From the NCBI GenBank assembly GCA_008632985.1, contig QPGO01000030.1, positions 1 to 63,814 on the forward strand: 63,814 bases of DNA. Direction: 5' to 3'. Below are positions 61,072 through 63,814 of this stretch, piece by piece. Position 1 is the stretch's first letter. The number at the start of each line of letters is the position of its first letter. The position numbers and the translations under genes were made by a program. Below the pieces are notes generated by a model. That model was not told the origin of the DNA. It saw nothing but the letters and a program-made list of their open reading frames with translations, and did not search any database. The DNA is from Psammoneis japonica. Lineage: Eukaryota.

Positions 61072-61677
61072 TTAGGCGGCTTTTCGACGATTAGCCCAGA
61101 CCCTTTCCTTGCGCTTGGCGGCTTGCACTTCTTGACGCATACGAATTAGAAGCGGAACATCTTCGGCGGGTCGACGTCGGCGGAGCTTCTTCTGAGTAGC
61201 GGGCTTTTCGCCTTTTTCGCTTGTGCCAAAGCGACGTTCGTTGATGATTTTTTGACGTGCCAACGCTTGTATCTTTCGACGGTCAAAGGGTGATTCACGT
61301 TCCTTGTCCTTCGAACGTTTTTTAGTCTTGCGGACTTTTCGGATGGTGCGTTTGTAAGTGGTCATGGCGGTTTTGGGCACTTTCGTTTCACGTGAAGAGT
61401 CGTCAAGATCGTCAGCATAGCTGGTGGTGCTCGATCGCTTTCTCTTTTTATTGTTCGACTGCTCGGCGGGAATCTGGATCGGAATTATCTTGGATGGCTT
61501 GGTCTGATGGACTCGGAAAGTCGCGACGCACGTCTTGTCGACGTTCGAAAGTTGAACGGCTTGCTGCAACGCGATGAGGACGGCAAAGGCAAAGAGCGCA
61601 TGTTCGATGGGAAATGGAACAGCACCACCAAGGATGGTAGAGAGCGTCATGGTGAAGAGAAGAAGAGAGGTCTGCAT
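61072..61677 (-). CDS. Hypothetical protein with hydrophobic N-terminus and K/R-rich C-terminus
   Basis: 201-aa ATG-initiated ORF in normal-composition DNA. No recognised family. Confidence 0.5.
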   Translation of the reverse strand: MQTSLLLFTMTLSTILGGAVPFPIEHALFAFAVLIALQQAVQLSNVDKTCVATFRVHQTKPSKIIPIQIPAEQSNNKKRKRSSTTSYADDLDDSSRETKVPKTAMTTYKRTIRKVRKTKKRSKDKERESPFDRRKIQALARQKIINERRFGTSEKGEKPATQKKLRRRRPAEDVPLLIRMRQEVQAAKRKERVWANRRKAA

Positions 61678-62089
61678 GATGATTGATAGTAGTAAGACGA
61701 AGACGATGCTTGATCAAGTGGTCAACTTTCGAATTGTGAGTGGTTCAGCGTGATTGACGTTTCGACGGCTTTCTCGGATGGGATTGCTTCGACATACTAT
61801 CTCTACGTAGCCTCTACGAACAAACGATGTATCGTCAAAACCATCCTCAATCACGAAAGAAGAGCGGGCGGGCAGGTTTGTACACAATATCTATAGTAAA
61901 ATGTTCATACCATGTCCTACGCTGCTTTTTGCGCAAACTTCATAAACACGCATTTTAGTTAAATTCATATTATCGTTGATAAGAAATAAATTTCAAGTTC
62001 ATGGGAACTAGGCGGAAAAACTAAACTTTTTCTCTCATCTCGCTCAACGGACGGACGGAAGTGTCCATCCGTCGGTCGGTCAGTTTAGT

Positions 62090-63814
62090 GTCACCATCAG
62101 TTCCCATGTGTTCTTTCTTGCAGGACTGCAACTGTCCTTAACAAAACCGTTGTATGACCTCAAAACTTTTGGCTTTCACCACACCTCACTCATGCATCTT
62201 GCTCTTTGCTGTGAGGGCATTGAACACAGTGCAGCAGGCAGCCAGGCTGGCACCACCAAGAAAGCGCTGGCCAAAACAATGGAGCGAGCCTTTTGTGGCA
62301 CACCACATGCACTGTGCTCGGAGAAGGAGTGCAGACAAAAGTGGAGCAAATCACAAAAAGCAAAAAGTGGAAAATCATGAGATGAGATTTGCTTTGGGAT
62401 TTTGGGTTTCTCCAAATGAGCTCTCAATGCCCCAAGGCATTCTTTGCACTGCTTCCACAGACCAAAGGCCTTTCGGAGAATCCGGCAGTGATGCAGATTG
62501 TCTGGATGCAATCAATTGACACCTTGCGTGTCAACATGGTCTGTTGATCAATTTGCACTTTTTGACATCCAACCAAGTCTGTGTGATTGACCTGCCCTTT
62601 GTGCGCACACTTTCGGCTGTGGTGTGGTGTGCCGTTGACATGTGCGAGACAATGCACAGCTGCGAACGGGCATGTTTCTTTCCACTTGGCAGCACATGCT
62701 GCACATGTTCTTGTGTGCAAAGCTTGAGAGTCGAAAGGCAAGTCTGGCATTTTGCATGGAAAGATGGTCCTGAGCCCCCTGTTCCTCGTGCGTTCATCAT
62801 CACCATCACAAAGGATGGTTTTTGTGCTTTTCCAGCGAGGGATGACTTTGGTTTTTTTTTGAACAAACGTGGCACCAGGTGCAAAAACCAGCACATGCTC
62901 TCCCAGCATGCTGACAAACCACTTCCCTTCTGTCCCAGGGAGTGCTGCAGATCATTTCTTGTCATTCTGTGCAGCTTGGAGCATCACCATCATGCAGCGG
63001 CCATTCATGGAAAGGTCTTTGATGGTTTGTTTTGAGTCAAGTGAGCATGCTGCACACAGCCCTCTTTCCCCTTTGTGAGCTCAGATGGACAAGCAACAAC
63101 TTCCAAGAAAGCAGTGCTCGCTTCATGCCAGATGCAACTTTTGTGCGCTTTTGAGGTTCAACATGGAAGAGTCTGATGAGACAGTTGGTGTGAAGCAGAC
63201 ACCCCAACCAGATGGCCAGGTGTCAGAGTCTGTCTCTCAAGCCAAAAGAGTGGCGCAGGTGAGTCACACAACAAAGACAACACCCAAGTCAGCCAAGAGG
63301 GTCAAGAAGCTCTTGCAGCAGAGCAAGGTGCAGAAGGTTTGGATGACAGCTCCTGTGATGTGCAAGGTGGAGACATGCTTGCCCAGTTGCTGCAGAAGCA
63401 AAGTGGGGAATTTCTTGTTGAGAAAAGCCATCAGCAGCTGGGAGAAGATGGACTGGATGCCAAGGTGATGCGCGAGTGGGGCATCTTGGACTCTGACAAG
63501 CTGCTTTTTGAATCTTCTGACCATCACAAGAACATGATGCTCTTCATCTGGAGAAAGAGATGAGGCCAATGTGGCTCTGAGATGCCTTGGGAAGAAACAA
63601 TGAACAGGTCGTGCACATCAGCAACAGCTCATTGTTCTTGCAGCTCTCCTTGCAATGGCAAAAAACATGGTCTTTGATGAAGGAACCCAGGCACAGGCAC
63701 CCTCTAAAAGCGCGCTGACCACAACAAACTTGACTTTCTGCAGGCCATCCAGAGGGGACACTGGGATGGGCTTTTTCTGTGTGGCTTGAGTGCGGCAGTC
63801 ACAACAGCAGTGGC
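62090..63814. mobile_element. Block C: TpA-depleted degenerate repeat region running off the window end
   Basis: Same TA/CG-poor, TG/CA-rich signature and Cys/His-rich ORF noise as blocks A and B. Confidence 0.75.

Overview
Eukaryotic genomic DNA, most likely from a diatom (compact genes, short GT-AG introns, one bipartite plastid-type presequence). Gene-rich stretches encode an AmiE-type amidase, GCP2, MAD1, two tandem fucosyltransferase-like proteins, a PPR protein, two Patched/Dispatched-like paralogs, ESS2, a TPR protein, NDUFC2, TOM7, an AP2-like Q/G-rich protein, a TMEM205-like protein and homocysteine S-methyltransferase. Three sharply bounded transposon-derived blocks (~15.1-19.0, ~25.9-42.4 and ~62.1-63.8 kb) have lost almost all TpA and most CpG and are saturated with TpG/CpA. 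Repeat copies inside them show TA/TG/CA variants at homologous sites, which suggests a repeat-targeted A:T>G:C ('reverse-RIP') hypermutation process. The blocks contain two copies of a ~440-bp TRIM-like LTR element (110-bp LTRs, PPT, 4-bp TSDs) with an internal tRNA-like Pol III promoter, plus a hAT-like MITE, palindromic minisatellites and a Plavaka-like transposase relic. Upstream of several genes lie islands with the opposite composition (TA/AG/CT-rich, TG/CA-poor). Several genes carry single-base frameshifts that are probably assembly errors. All compositional statements are by eye, not computed.
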